Part shown: positions 1-9,452 of the stretch, piece by piece | How the letters are laid out: every line of letters begins with the position of its first letter | How positions within the stretch are numbered: position 1 is the first letter of the stretch | Assembly (NCBI GenBank): GCA_963815095.1 | Contig: CAWFFH010000003.1 | Span: forward strand, 96,001 to 160,000 | Source of the DNA: Candidatus Bathyarchaeota archaeon | Lineage (GTDB): Archaea; Thermoproteota; Bathyarchaeia; Bathyarchaeales; Bathycorpusculaceae | DNA length: 64,000 bases | Direction of reading: 5' to 3' | Made by a program: the position numbers and the translations under genes | The notes under the pieces: generated by a model | Seen by the model: only the letters and a program-made list of their open reading frames with translations | What the model was told of the DNA's origin: nothing | Databases searched by the model: none

Positions 1-1
1 T

Positions 2-595
2 GAAGACGGAAGCACAGATGGAACAGAAGTCATTGTTTCAAAAATGGCTAAGTCCAATCCAAACCTTGTCCTACTCCACTCAACCGCCCGTTTAGGGAAA
101 GGAAAAGCCATAAAAAAAGCTCTCAGCACATCGAAAGGCAAAATCATAACGTTCATGGATGTTGATTTAGCAACTAACCTTGAATGTCTACAGCAGCTTC
201 TTCAGGTAGTTCAAGAGCATGGGGGGATGGCTATCGGCTCGAGACACATCGCGGGATCACGTGTTCAACGACGGGTCACCCGAACAATGTTTAGTTTAAC
301 CTACAATTTGGCGGTGAGGATGCTTTTTCTAGATGGCATCCACGACCACCAATGCGGTTTCAAAACAATGAATCGCGAAGTCGCTGAAGCCGTTCTAAAC
401 GTTTCCAAATCAGACGGTTACTTCTTTGACACGGAAATGATTGTGCGCTGCAAAAAACTTGGTTTCCCCGTTGCTGAAGTGGCAGTGCAATGGTCTGAAC
501 GCGATAAAGGCGCCTCCAAAGTTAACCCTGTGCGTGATGCTAAAAAGATGGGGTTAGACTTGTTGGCTTTCAGGCTAAATTCTGCAAATAAATAA
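2..595 (+). CDS. Glycosyltransferase family 2 (dolichol-phosphate glycosyltransferase-like), 5' truncated by window
   Basis: Frame open from position 2 (EDGSTDGT); GKGKA, DVD and DHQCGFK motifs typical of DPM/DPG synthase-like GT2. Confidence 0.88.
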   Translation, partial: EDGSTDGTEVIVSKMAKSNPNLVLLHSTARLGKGKAIKKALSTSKGKIITFMDVDLATNLECLQQLLQVVQEHGGMAIGSRHIAGSRVQRRVTRTMFSLTYNLAVRMLFLDGIHDHQCGFKTMNREVAEAVLNVSKSDGYFFDTEMIVRCKKLGFPVAEVAVQWSERDKGASKVNPVRDAKKMGLDLLAFRLNSANK

Positions 596-618
596 TTCGA
601 TCCAAAATGGAAAATTGA

Positions 619-1281
619 TTAAAAGTTGTTTCTTTTTGTTAGCATCCGTTTTACTCTTTCTAACTCCTGCATAAGGTTCAGAGTAAAAGGCACAGGTTGA
701 CCGAAAGGTTGACAGTGCCCTTCTACAATAGCTCTTGTAATGGCTTCCACACTAGCCTCTTCAGCTTCAATAACAGTGTAGCCGTAGCCAATTTGGGGAC
801 CATAATGAGCATCGGTTCCCGCCACCCTTGAGAGGTTGAGGTGTTCTGCCATTTCCGTAGCTTTTTTTACGCTTCGCTTAAATGGGAATGCTCGGGCGTT
901 TATGATTTCTATTGCATCAAAGGTTTCGCAGACGTTTTCTTTGAGACTACCTTTAAAGTAAACGTAGGGGTGGCATGCGATTGCAACTCCGCCTGCCTTA
1001 TGAATCCGAGCGACAGTCTCGGGGGCGCTGTATCCTCTGGGAATAATTTCTTTAACATTTAACGCAACAATGTGACCGTCGAGACTGGAAACTTCCATGC
1101 CAGGTATGACGAGGAAATCTGTTTCTTGGGCAATTTTGTAGGCACCCTCTAACTGATTGTGGTCAGTAACGGCTACCGCGTTCAACCCGCGTTTTTTGGC
1201 ATAATAAATGAGGTCTTTTGGAGTTATTAGTGAATCTTTTGAATAGGTTGTGTGAACGTGGAGGTCCGCTTTTATCTGCAT
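619..1281 (-). CDS. PHP-domain metal-dependent phosphoesterase
   Basis: DLHVHT, TDHN, GMEVS, CHPY and GTDAH motifs. Confidence 0.9.
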   Translation of the reverse strand: MQIKADLHVHTTYSKDSLITPKDLIYYAKKRGLNAVAVTDHNQLEGAYKIAQETDFLVIPGMEVSSLDGHIVALNVKEIIPRGYSAPETVARIHKAGGVAIACHPYVYFKGSLKENVCETFDAIEIINARAFPFKRSVKKATEMAEHLNLSRVAGTDAHYGPQIGYGYTVIEAEEASVEAITRAIVEGHCQPFGQPVPFTLNLMQELERVKRMLTKRNNF

Positions 1282-1291
1282 TATAAAGCCT

Positions 1292-2995
1292 CTATTTTGG
1301 AGGTGTCTTTGCTCTTATCTGGGTCAGCATCTCTTCGAGTTTTGTTTCGTCGGAGTCGATTTTGTGGAATAGCGGTGTTGGTTTCGCGATTTTGTGCCCT
1401 GCCTCTATGGGCGCTAATGCGTCGCTCCAGTTGTTTTTCTCTACGCTTCCCTCAAGATTTAGGGTTTGCCAAAGCTGCTGTGCTGTCTGCGGCATGAAAG
1501 GCTCAGAAACTACTGCAATTGCTTTAACGACTTGCGCTGCCACGTAAAAGATTGTTCCCGCTTTCTCCTTATCGGTTTTCATGAGGTTCCATGGTTCCTT
1601 GGTATTCAGATACTGGTTACCCATGCGGCTTATGCCGATTAGTGTGTTTGCGGCGGATTGCAGCCATGAATCCTCAATTTCCTTCGCAGCCTGCTCCACT
1701 TTCTCTTTTACTGTTTGCAAAAGTGCTTCGTCGTCTTTGTCGAGTTTGGTTGGTGCTGGGATTTGTCCATCGAATTTGCTATTGATGAATGAGAGTGTTC
1801 GGTGGATGAAGTTGCCAAACGTATCGTTGAGGTCGGCGTTGATTTTCTCCATGAATGCGGTCCATGTGAAGTTAGTGTCTTTGCTTTCAGGTCGGGTGGC
1901 TATAAGGAAGAAACGCCAGTAATCAACCGGGAACATTTCGAGGGCTTCATCTATCCAGATACCGACGCGTTGGCTTTTAGAGGCTTTTTGACCTTTGAAC
2001 TGAAGGAACTCGGTTGCGGAAACGTTCCAGGGCAAGTTGTAGCCTTGACCCGACGCCAAAAGCAGCGCGGGTAAGATGATTGTGTGGAAGGGAATGTTGT
2101 CTTTGCCAACAAAATAGAGAGTTCGGGCTTGTTTATCAAACCAGAATTCGCGCCATTTTTCAGGCTGCCCCAAACGCTGGCACTGCTCGATGGTAGCGGA
2201 AACGTACCCTAAAACAGCATCCACCCAAACGTAGATGGTTTTGCCTTCTGCTCCCTCAAACGGTGCGGGGATACCCCATTCGATGTCACGGGTGACTGCT
2301 CTGGGTTTTAAGCCTTCCTTTATCCAGTTTAAACTAAAGTTTTTCACGTTCGCTGGCAGCTGTTGGTTTTCTTTTAGGTATTCGGTTAATGGTTCGGCTA
2401 GTTTTGAGAGGTCAATGTACCAATGCCGCGTGGTCTTCACCGCTGGTTTGTTTTTGCAGATAACGCAGTAAGGGTCAATCAAGGCGGTGGGTTCCAGAAG
2501 TTTGCCGCAGACATCGCATTGGTCGCCACGAGCTTTCTCGCACCCACAATGTGGACATTTGCCTTCTACAAAACGGTCGGGCAAGAACCGTAGGTCGTGC
2601 TCACAGTAGAGCATCTGAGTATCTTGCGCGAATATGTAGCCGTTCTTTTGAATCTCGAGAAGAGTTTCTTGGACGAATTCCTTGTGGATTGGGCTTTCGG
2701 TGCTGGTGTAATTGTCAAAGGAGGCGTCCCATCGTCGAAAGAGTTCGGCGACTTTCGCGTGGTTGCGGTCGGTTAACTCTTTGGGTTTGATGCCTTGTTT
2801 TATGGCTTCCACTTCTATGGGTGTGCCATGGGTGTCTGAACCGCTCACCATCAACACGTCGCTCCCTTTTAGCCTGTAGTAACGGGCTGTAACGTCGGCG
2901 GACAGGACTGAGCCGACAAGGTTACCCAGATGTGGGGTGACATTGATGTAAGGCCAAGCGGATGTAACTAAAACTTTTTGGGGCAAAGGTATCAT
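1292..2995 (-). CDS. metG: Methionine--tRNA ligase (no C-terminal OB appendix)
   Basis: TSAWPY, HLGN, Zn knuckle (CPHC..RGDQCDVC), GKDN, KASKS; start moved to ATG at 2995 because the ORF-track extension overlaps the divergent gene. Confidence 0.96.
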   Translation of the reverse strand: MIPLPQKVLVTSAWPYINVTPHLGNLVGSVLSADVTARYYRLKGSDVLMVSGSDTHGTPIEVEAIKQGIKPKELTDRNHAKVAELFRRWDASFDNYTSTESPIHKEFVQETLLEIQKNGYIFAQDTQMLYCEHDLRFLPDRFVEGKCPHCGCEKARGDQCDVCGKLLEPTALIDPYCVICKNKPAVKTTRHWYIDLSKLAEPLTEYLKENQQLPANVKNFSLNWIKEGLKPRAVTRDIEWGIPAPFEGAEGKTIYVWVDAVLGYVSATIEQCQRLGQPEKWREFWFDKQARTLYFVGKDNIPFHTIILPALLLASGQGYNLPWNVSATEFLQFKGQKASKSQRVGIWIDEALEMFPVDYWRFFLIATRPESKDTNFTWTAFMEKINADLNDTFGNFIHRTLSFINSKFDGQIPAPTKLDKDDEALLQTVKEKVEQAAKEIEDSWLQSAANTLIGISRMGNQYLNTKEPWNLMKTDKEKAGTIFYVAAQVVKAIAVVSEPFMPQTAQQLWQTLNLEGSVEKNNWSDALAPIEAGHKIAKPTPLFHKIDSDETKLEEMLTQIRAKTPPK

Positions 2996-3097
2996 CAACA
3001 AATCGTTTGGTGCCAACCTTATTAAAATTCCTATAACCCTCGGATCGCCCAATAAGCCTATAGGTAAAGAATAAACTTTAATGGTAAAAGGAAGAAA

Positions 3098-3727
3098 ATG
3101 AGTCAAAACGACAAACCCAAAACCGTTTACTGGCTGGATAACACCCTCTACCTAAACATAACCAACCAATGCTCAAATAGCTGCTATTTCTGCCTCAAAC
3201 GCTACAAACGCGGCGTCGGCGGCTTCAACCTCAAACTGACCCAAGAACCCAGCGTCTCAGAAATCATAACTGAATTATCTTATGTTTTGTATAGGCGAAA
3301 TTGGGAAGGATTAGTTTTCTGCGGTTTCGGCGAACCAACAGAGCGGCTGGATGTTTTGCTGGCGGTTACAAGGTGGGTGAGGCAGCATTATGGGAGATCA
3401 CTACAAATTCGCCTTGATACGAATGGACATGGTTACGTTTTGAATTCTGATAGGAATGTGGCGGCTGAATTGAAACCAGCTGGCCTTGACAAGGTAAGTG
3501 TCAGCCTAAATGTTGGAGATAAGGAAACTTACATGGAGATTTGCAAGCCCTCCTTTCCGAACGCCCATGAAGCCATGCTGGATTTTATCGGCAAAGCCAA
3601 GTTAGTTCTCGAAGTTGAGGTTACAGCTGTGAGAGTACCTGAGGTCGATTTGGAGAAGGTGCAGGCTATTGCGAGCAGTTTAGGGGTGGCTTTAAAGGTT
3701 AGAGAGTACATCCCCTGCTTCTATTGA
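3098..3727 (+). CDS. Radical SAM protein, TatD-associated type
   Basis: LYLNITNQCSNSCYFC (CxxxCxxC), FCGFGEP, DTNGHG. Confidence 0.88.
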   Translation: MSQNDKPKTVYWLDNTLYLNITNQCSNSCYFCLKRYKRGVGGFNLKLTQEPSVSEIITELSYVLYRRNWEGLVFCGFGEPTERLDVLLAVTRWVRQHYGRSLQIRLDTNGHGYVLNSDRNVAAELKPAGLDKVSVSLNVGDKETYMEICKPSFPNAHEAMLDFIGKAKLVLEVEVTAVRVPEVDLEKVQAIASSLGVALKVREYIPCFY

Positions 3728-3831
3728 CCCAATCGCCCAAAAAATTCTAATAGTTAAGACTGAGCGGTACAGATTTCTTTTTATTAAATGCTTAATTTAC
3801 TATTTGTAATAAAGGAATTTTTCAGCAGATT

Positions 3832-5808
3832 TTGGATGAGAAAATGGGCGCGTGTGAAGAAAAACCAGAGACGGGAAAAGCCGTAATCGGTGAAGAGGAA
3901 CACAATAGGGTAGTGTTGGTTAGGTTTGCTTCTTGGCTTGGCGTAACTATCCTAGTTAGCGGCTTATTGGACTTGTTTGCTAAAGGGCTGCTGCTTGGTT
4001 TCACCATGCCAGTCCTAAACGCTCCTGCCACCGTATCGATGATTCTTTACTATGTGGCAATCCTCACTGCAGTAATTTATATCGGCGTAATCGGGTTGAA
4101 AGAATTGATTTTGGAGCGACGTTTTAGCGTCGAATTCTTGATGGCAGTCGCGGGTTTAGGTGCTCTTTTTCTCGACTACCGCTTTGAAGCAGCTACCGTT
4201 CTATTTCTCTACTGCGTAGCTGAGTATTTTGAAGGCTACATCCAAGACAGGGCAAAGCGAACGGTAGAGAAAATATCGAAAGTTATTCCTGAAAATGCCC
4301 GCGTAATAAGTGAAGGCACGGAAAAAAGTGTTAAGGTCAACGAAGTGGAAATAGGAGCAGTTCTACTTGTTAAGCCAGGAGAAAGAATCCCCTTAGATGG
4401 TAATGTGACCGATGGATTCTCGCATGTTGACCAAGCGTTGGTCACGGGTGAATCGGTGCCCGTTCCCAAAAACGTTAATGATTGCGTATTCGCAGGCACC
4501 CTAAACACCACTGGCGTCCTTAAGATTATCGTTACCAAGAAAACTACTGAAACTTTGGTTTCGCGGATTGTTCAACTTGTGGTTGAATCTCAAAAGCGAA
4601 AAGCATCAATAGAGCGGTTGGTTGACAGATTTGCGAAGGTCTATGTACCTATAGTAGTTGCGCTTGCTATTTTTACTGCTGGAGCCTTGCCATACCTTTT
4701 TGGCGGGACTTTTCGAACCTGGTTTTACCGCTCGCTAATCCTGCTTGTGGTCTCATGCCCCAGCGCATTCATAATTTCTGTTCCAGCCACCGTTTTCATA
4801 GCCATAACAATCGCAGCCAAAAGAGGCGTAATAATTAAGGGGGGAATTTTCATCGAAAAACTTGCACGCGTCAAGACAGTGGTTTTTGATAAGACGGGTA
4901 CATTGACACTTGGGCGTCAAGCAGTCCATGAAATTAAACGCCCAGATACCTCTACAAGTGAAATTGAAGCATTAACTTACGCTGCCGCTTTGGATCAGTT
5001 TTCTAACCATCCAATCGCGCAGGCTATCGTACGCAAAGCGTTAGAGCGAGGCATTGACCTTAGCAAAGTCAAAGTGACTGATGTTTTGGAGGTTCCAGGC
5101 AAAGGCATCGTGGGTTTAGTGAACGGTAAACACGTAGCAATCGGTAACTTGGAGTTAATGCGTGAGTTGGGCTGCGATTGTACTGAAGCCTTTGAAGTTA
5201 TTGCAGGTGATGCCCATACTGCGGTTTGTGTTTCTGTTGGGAAGACGGGTTTGGCTGCTGTTTGCGTGGTTGACGAAGTTAGAGAAGACGCCTTGAAAGC
5301 TATCCGTTTGTTGAAGCAGTCGAACATAAAGACTGCCATGTTAACAGGCGATAGAGCTGAGATTGCCAATGATACGGCGCATGCGCTAGGTATTGACGAT
5401 GTCCACTCTGGACTGTTCCCCGAAGACAAGTTGCAATGTATCGAAGATATGAAGGGCAAAGGCTCGCTTGTAGCAATGGTTGGCGACGGCGTTAATGATG
5501 CGCCTGCACTGGCGGCTTCAGATGTTGGAATTGCCATGGGCGCACACGGAGTTGACGTTGCCTTGGAATCAGCAGATGTCGTGTTAGTGAAAGATGAGCT
5601 TGCACAAATTCCTTACTTGCTAAAGTTAAGCGACAAAACAATGGTGATTGCAAAACAGAACATTGCAGCGTCGCTGGTTGTTAAGTTGATTTTGGGTGCT
5701 TTGGGCTTGATGGGGTTGACGCCGCTTTGGTTTACGGTGGCTTCGGGCGACGACGGAGTAACCATGTTGCTACTGCTAAATACGCTGCGCCTTGAAAGAA
5801 TAAAATAA
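3832..5808 (+). CDS. Heavy-metal P1B-type ATPase (Zn/Cd/Co-like)
   Basis: TGES, SCPS, DKTGTLT, HP, GDGVNDAP motifs; membrane helices. Confidence 0.93.
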   Translation: MDEKMGACEEKPETGKAVIGEEEHNRVVLVRFASWLGVTILVSGLLDLFAKGLLLGFTMPVLNAPATVSMILYYVAILTAVIYIGVIGLKELILERRFSVEFLMAVAGLGALFLDYRFEAATVLFLYCVAEYFEGYIQDRAKRTVEKISKVIPENARVISEGTEKSVKVNEVEIGAVLLVKPGERIPLDGNVTDGFSHVDQALVTGESVPVPKNVNDCVFAGTLNTTGVLKIIVTKKTTETLVSRIVQLVVESQKRKASIERLVDRFAKVYVPIVVALAIFTAGALPYLFGGTFRTWFYRSLILLVVSCPSAFIISVPATVFIAITIAAKRGVIIKGGIFIEKLARVKTVVFDKTGTLTLGRQAVHEIKRPDTSTSEIEALTYAAALDQFSNHPIAQAIVRKALERGIDLSKVKVTDVLEVPGKGIVGLVNGKHVAIGNLELMRELGCDCTEAFEVIAGDAHTAVCVSVGKTGLAAVCVVDEVREDALKAIRLLKQSNIKTAMLTGDRAEIANDTAHALGIDDVHSGLFPEDKLQCIEDMKGKGSLVAMVGDGVNDAPALAASDVGIAMGAHGVDVALESADVVLVKDELAQIPYLLKLSDKTMVIAKQNIAASLVVKLILGALGLMGLTPLWFTVASGDDGVTMLLLLNTLRLERIK

Positions 5809-5919
5809 GATTTGGCAATTAATTATTTTAGCTTAACATACGTTTCGATGCTTCTGGTTGAGCATTATGCTTGACGGTACATGAAATATTAATAAGCGCA
5901 AAACCTCGACTTAACCTTC

Positions 5920-6411
5920 ATGCCTAAGACTCAACCTAAACAATATCCAAAGAAACAGAAAAAGACGCCGCCAAAGAATCAAAATCAACCGCCAAGCCTA
6001 TTCAAAAATAAATACTACTGGATAATTTTGACTTTAACTATTCTAGTTTTCACAGTTGCCTTTGGATATTTAAACCAAGTTTCTGGAGAAAGAGAAACGC
6101 TGCTTTTAGGCTGTGATTTATCGGTGATAGGCTTTGCGTTCTATATCTCGCTCATAGCTACTGCAAATTACGATAAACGAGCAACCTTCATTTTTGCTGG
6201 AGTATCCATAATTGGCTTCAGCATTTGGGCTGCAATAGTGCTTGCCTTAAATGCAACTGGGCTGATAACAAGAGTTGTAAGTTCAATTGGCGACAGCTTC
6301 TTTGCCGTAACAACCCTGATAATATGCTTAAGTATAGGAGCATTAGTCGGTGACTTGATAGGCAAAAACAGAGCGGCCAAAGCGTTGTCTTTGGAAAAAC
6401 CCCGAAAATAA
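5920..6411 (+). CDS. Hypothetical membrane protein (about 4 TM)
   Basis: Basic N-terminus followed by hydrophobic segments; fills the gap between genes. Confidence 0.7.
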   Translation: MPKTQPKQYPKKQKKTPPKNQNQPPSLFKNKYYWIILTLTILVFTVAFGYLNQVSGERETLLLGCDLSVIGFAFYISLIATANYDKRATFIFAGVSIIGFSIWAAIVLALNATGLITRVVSSIGDSFFAVTTLIICLSIGALVGDLIGKNRAAKALSLEKPRK

Positions 6412-6524
6412 TTAGTTACCTTGTCAATAAAGATGACAAAGCCAGTTTTTTCCACGCCCCCCAGAAACTTTAAGAGTACAATCCATCAGCATGTTCTAAA
6501 GACCAACGCGAGGATCGACCAGCA

Positions 6525-7403
6525 TTGAAATTTGGAATAATGACGCGGAACATGGAAGCATGGAGCTCCACGCAAGTTCGGGAAGCACTAACAAAGAGGG
6601 GCATCCCATACGAATGCTTTACTTTTCCAAGACTTGTAGCACGATTAGCATATAGGCCATACTTTAAAGTTAATGGAACCAGCATCCTCGACGACTTGGA
6701 TGCGCTTATCATTCGCCCAATCGGACGTGGTTCATTGGAGGAATTGGTGTTCCGAATGGACATGCTCTACAAGCTGGAACGCAAAGGATTCTACATGGTG
6801 AATCCACCCACAGCAATTGAACACTGCGTCGACAAATACGACATACTTGCCATCCTTGAAGACGTGGGCGTTCCTGTACCACGCACCTTAGCCACCGAAA
6901 GCGTCAACGAAGCGCTTAAGGCTTTTAACGAACTCGGCGGCGACATCGTCGTCAAACCAATCTTTGGCTCACGCGGACAAGGCGCCACACGCGTCAACGA
7001 CATAGACATCGCCGACACCGTCTTCAAAGCCATAACCTTTCACCACGGCGTAATCTACATGCAAGAATTTGTCCCCCACGGAACCTCAGACATACGTGCC
7101 TTTGTCATCGGAGACCAAGTAGTTTCATGCATGCGCAGAGTAGCAACAGGATGGAAAACGAACTACAGCCAAGGAGCCAAACCAGCCCCAGCAACAATCA
7201 GCAAAGAATTCGAAGAAATAGCTGTGAAATCCGCTAAAGCAGTTGGCTGCAAAATCGCGGGCGTAGACATCCTTGAAGGACCAGATGGACCACGCATCGT
7301 GGACGTGAATAGCCAACCAGGCTGGAAAGGACTGCAGGTAGTTGCAAGAGTTAACATAGCCGAAGAAATAGTCAACTTTGTCTTAAAAGAACTGAAAAAG
7401 TAA
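6525..7403 (+). CDS. RimK-family ATP-grasp alpha-L-glutamate ligase (MptN-like)
   Basis: VVKPIFGSRGQG, YMQEFV, DIRAFVIG, WKTN, GVDI, DVNSQPGW. Confidence 0.88.
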   Translation: MKFGIMTRNMEAWSSTQVREALTKRGIPYECFTFPRLVARLAYRPYFKVNGTSILDDLDALIIRPIGRGSLEELVFRMDMLYKLERKGFYMVNPPTAIEHCVDKYDILAILEDVGVPVPRTLATESVNEALKAFNELGGDIVVKPIFGSRGQGATRVNDIDIADTVFKAITFHHGVIYMQEFVPHGTSDIRAFVIGDQVVSCMRRVATGWKTNYSQGAKPAPATISKEFEEIAVKSAKAVGCKIAGVDILEGPDGPRIVDVNSQPGWKGLQVVARVNIAEEIVNFVLKELKK

Positions 7404-8402
7404 CTACTTTCCCGAAAGAATCCGGGTATATGGGTCTTCGCTGACTTGCGGAAAAGGCGTTTCTTTTCCTTTTCTAATTAAAGTTCGTTCTTTGTTTTCG
7501 GTAAATTCTCCCAAAAAGTGGGCCGAGAGCCCGAGCTCATTTAATGCGGTTTTGACTTTCTTTTGCGCTTCAGGAGCTACAGCCGCCAAAATCGTCCCAG
7601 TCGAAGAAATTGCGAGCAATTGATCATCTGTTAGTTTAAAATGTTCTTTCAACAACCCTGCTTCCTTTGGCACAGGAATTTTTTCCCAATCTACCCTAAA
7701 CCCAACCTTTGAAGCCACAGCCAACTCGTTGAGCGCCGCCACAAACCCACCTTCAGTCGCATCATGCATCGCATGAACACCCACAACATCAGCAAGTTGG
7801 ATAGCTTCTTTAACGCAGCTCTGCATGCAAACCAGTTTGGCGAGTTCTTCTTGTTTGTCAAAGCCGAAGAGCTCCCGCGCCATCTCCGAATAGGTGAGTG
7901 AGAAGTTGGTGATTGTTTCTAACCCCAAGGGTTTTGTGCACAAAATCAGGTCGCCTGGCTTGGCGTTTCCCGGAGTAATCAACTTCGTGGGCTCTACGGT
8001 TCCATAAACGGTGCAGACTCCAAGCATGTCATTGAGGCTGCCGTACATTCCTGTGTGTCCTCGAACGATGGCTATGCCTAATTCGTCGGCGGCACTGCAG
8101 GTTTGACTCATTATTTTTTGGAATCTCTCAGATTTTGTTCCTAATGGTCCAAGGAGATTTATGGTGCAGAATTCAGGTTTTGCCCCAAACAGAGCCACAT
8201 CTGAAGCGGCATAATTGATGAGTAGCCACCCAAACCATTCCTCAGGCACACCGGTACAAGGGTCAGTTGCAACCGCTACATATTTGCCATGTAGGAGATG
8301 AACGCCTGCATCGTACCCAATCGTGGGCGGAACGATGACTCGGAAATCCTTCTTGATGCAATCCAACATTTTTTGGAGTTCTTTAGCTGCAAGTTTTCCC
8401 AA
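7404..8402 (-). CDS. AIR synthase (PurM/ThiL/HypE superfamily) related protein
   Basis: MGKL, TDP, GHT, PGD, HDATEGG motifs; abuts the thiT stop. Confidence 0.85.
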   Translation of the reverse strand: MGKLAAKELQKMLDCIKKDFRVIVPPTIGYDAGVHLLHGKYVAVATDPCTGVPEEWFGWLLINYAASDVALFGAKPEFCTINLLGPLGTKSERFQKIMSQTCSAADELGIAIVRGHTGMYGSLNDMLGVCTVYGTVEPTKLITPGNAKPGDLILCTKPLGLETITNFSLTYSEMARELFGFDKQEELAKLVCMQSCVKEAIQLADVVGVHAMHDATEGGFVAALNELAVASKVGFRVDWEKIPVPKEAGLLKEHFKLTDDQLLAISSTGTILAAVAPEAQKKVKTALNELGLSAHFLGEFTENKERTLIRKGKETPFPQVSEDPYTRILSGK

Positions 8403-8975
8403 TTACATATACGCTCTCAGCACATTGCTTTTCTGCAATAAGTAAAGTACGAATCCGCTTATTAGAAATTCGGGCAACAGATAGCTGCCGTTGTAGACTG
8501 TTGAGTAAACCCATGGGTTTAGGGTTGGAGCGTAGACTGGCGCCCAGAAGTACACGCCTGAAACGAAATGCATGGTGAAGCGTGCGCTGATACCGACTGC
8601 GGCTCCCACTACCGGGTGCTTAGGGAAGAAACCAGCTAATCCTAACACAGCGAACGCAAGCGGATAGTCAAGCAGCACTTGGATAATTGCATACGGAACT
8701 GGAGCGATATAGGGTAGAGCCGCGAATTGTATTAAGCCATAGATTACGCCCGCGGTTATGCCGACTTTGGGTCCGCGTCGAAGCGCCAGCCAAATAATCG
8801 GGACCATGGACGCCAAGGTGATGGAGCCGCCCTGTGGCAAGGTGTAGATGATTATGAAGCTAAGTGCGGTGGCTAAGGCAGTAAAAATCGCCAATTCAGC
8901 TAAAACTCGTGGGTTTCTAAAGGATGTTTGATATTTTTTTGATTTTTTTATGGAGTCTGGATTGTTTGTTTGCAT
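8403..8975 (-). CDS. thiT: ECF-type thiamine transporter S component ThiT
   Basis: LPQGGSIT, LLDY, HFVSG, YSTVYNGSY motifs; preceded by a TPP riboswitch. Confidence 0.92.
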   Translation of the reverse strand: MQTNNPDSIKKSKKYQTSFRNPRVLAELAIFTALATALSFIIIYTLPQGGSITLASMVPIIWLALRRGPKVGITAGVIYGLIQFAALPYIAPVPYAIIQVLLDYPLAFAVLGLAGFFPKHPVVGAAVGISARFTMHFVSGVYFWAPVYAPTLNPWVYSTVYNGSYLLPEFLISGFVLYLLQKSNVLRAYM

Positions 8976-8981
8976 TTGTTT

Positions 8982-9075
8982 TTCCCTCCGCCAGTATTAC
9001 CTGGTTCAGGTTCCTAAGGGTCGACACCAAACAGGCGTCCTCTCAGCCGAGTCATTTTCCCAGCTCCCCAAGAAC
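8982..9075 (-). ncRNA. TPP (thi-box) riboswitch
   Basis: Minus strand reads UUCUUGGGGAGCUGGG..CUCGGCUGAGAG-GACGCC/GGUGUC-GACCCUUAGGAACCUGAACCAGGUAAUACUGGCGGAGGGAA, matching the conserved CUGAGA, ACCUGA, GUAAU and GCG(U/G)AGG elements; directly upstream of thiT. Confidence 0.95.
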
Positions 9076-9171
9076 TACGGAAAATATGCGTTTCTGTAAC
9101 ATATTAGGTTTGCTAAAGCTGATTTTTCTATTTGCTGTCAAAAACCCCTGTTAAATAACAACGAGCAGGTC

Positions 9172-9300
9172 ATGAAGCATACAGCTCTGTGGTAGACCTA
9201 CACACGCAGTTCTTACATTTCTGTATCTGGTAGTAGTAGTCTAGTAAATCTCCTAGACGACTACTTCTAACTTTCAGTTTTTGTTTTGGGAAGATTGGAA
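9172..9300 (+). promoter_or_regulatory. Putative Val-rich leader peptide / attenuator upstream of valS
   Basis: GTA GTA GTA GTC TAG at 9230-9244 forms the left arm of a 12/13-bp hairpin (9232-9265); second stem and T-rich tracts follow; start codon ambiguous. Confidence 0.45.
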
Positions 9301-9452
9301 AAATGCTGGCTGTGCAGGGTAAAAGAAACCGATAAGCTGCTTCTCTTTTTCGCTTAAATCCTATTTTTCTTTCTTTTCTTGTTAGGGTAACGTTTTTAGG
9401 TTTTAGCATAGTTTGCTGATAGTCAAACAGTAACTACAGGATATTGATTAGC

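Noticed and set aside
9170-9409. 79-aa minus-strand ORF
   Set aside because: No motif; derived from T-rich intergenic DNA and overlaps the putative valS leader
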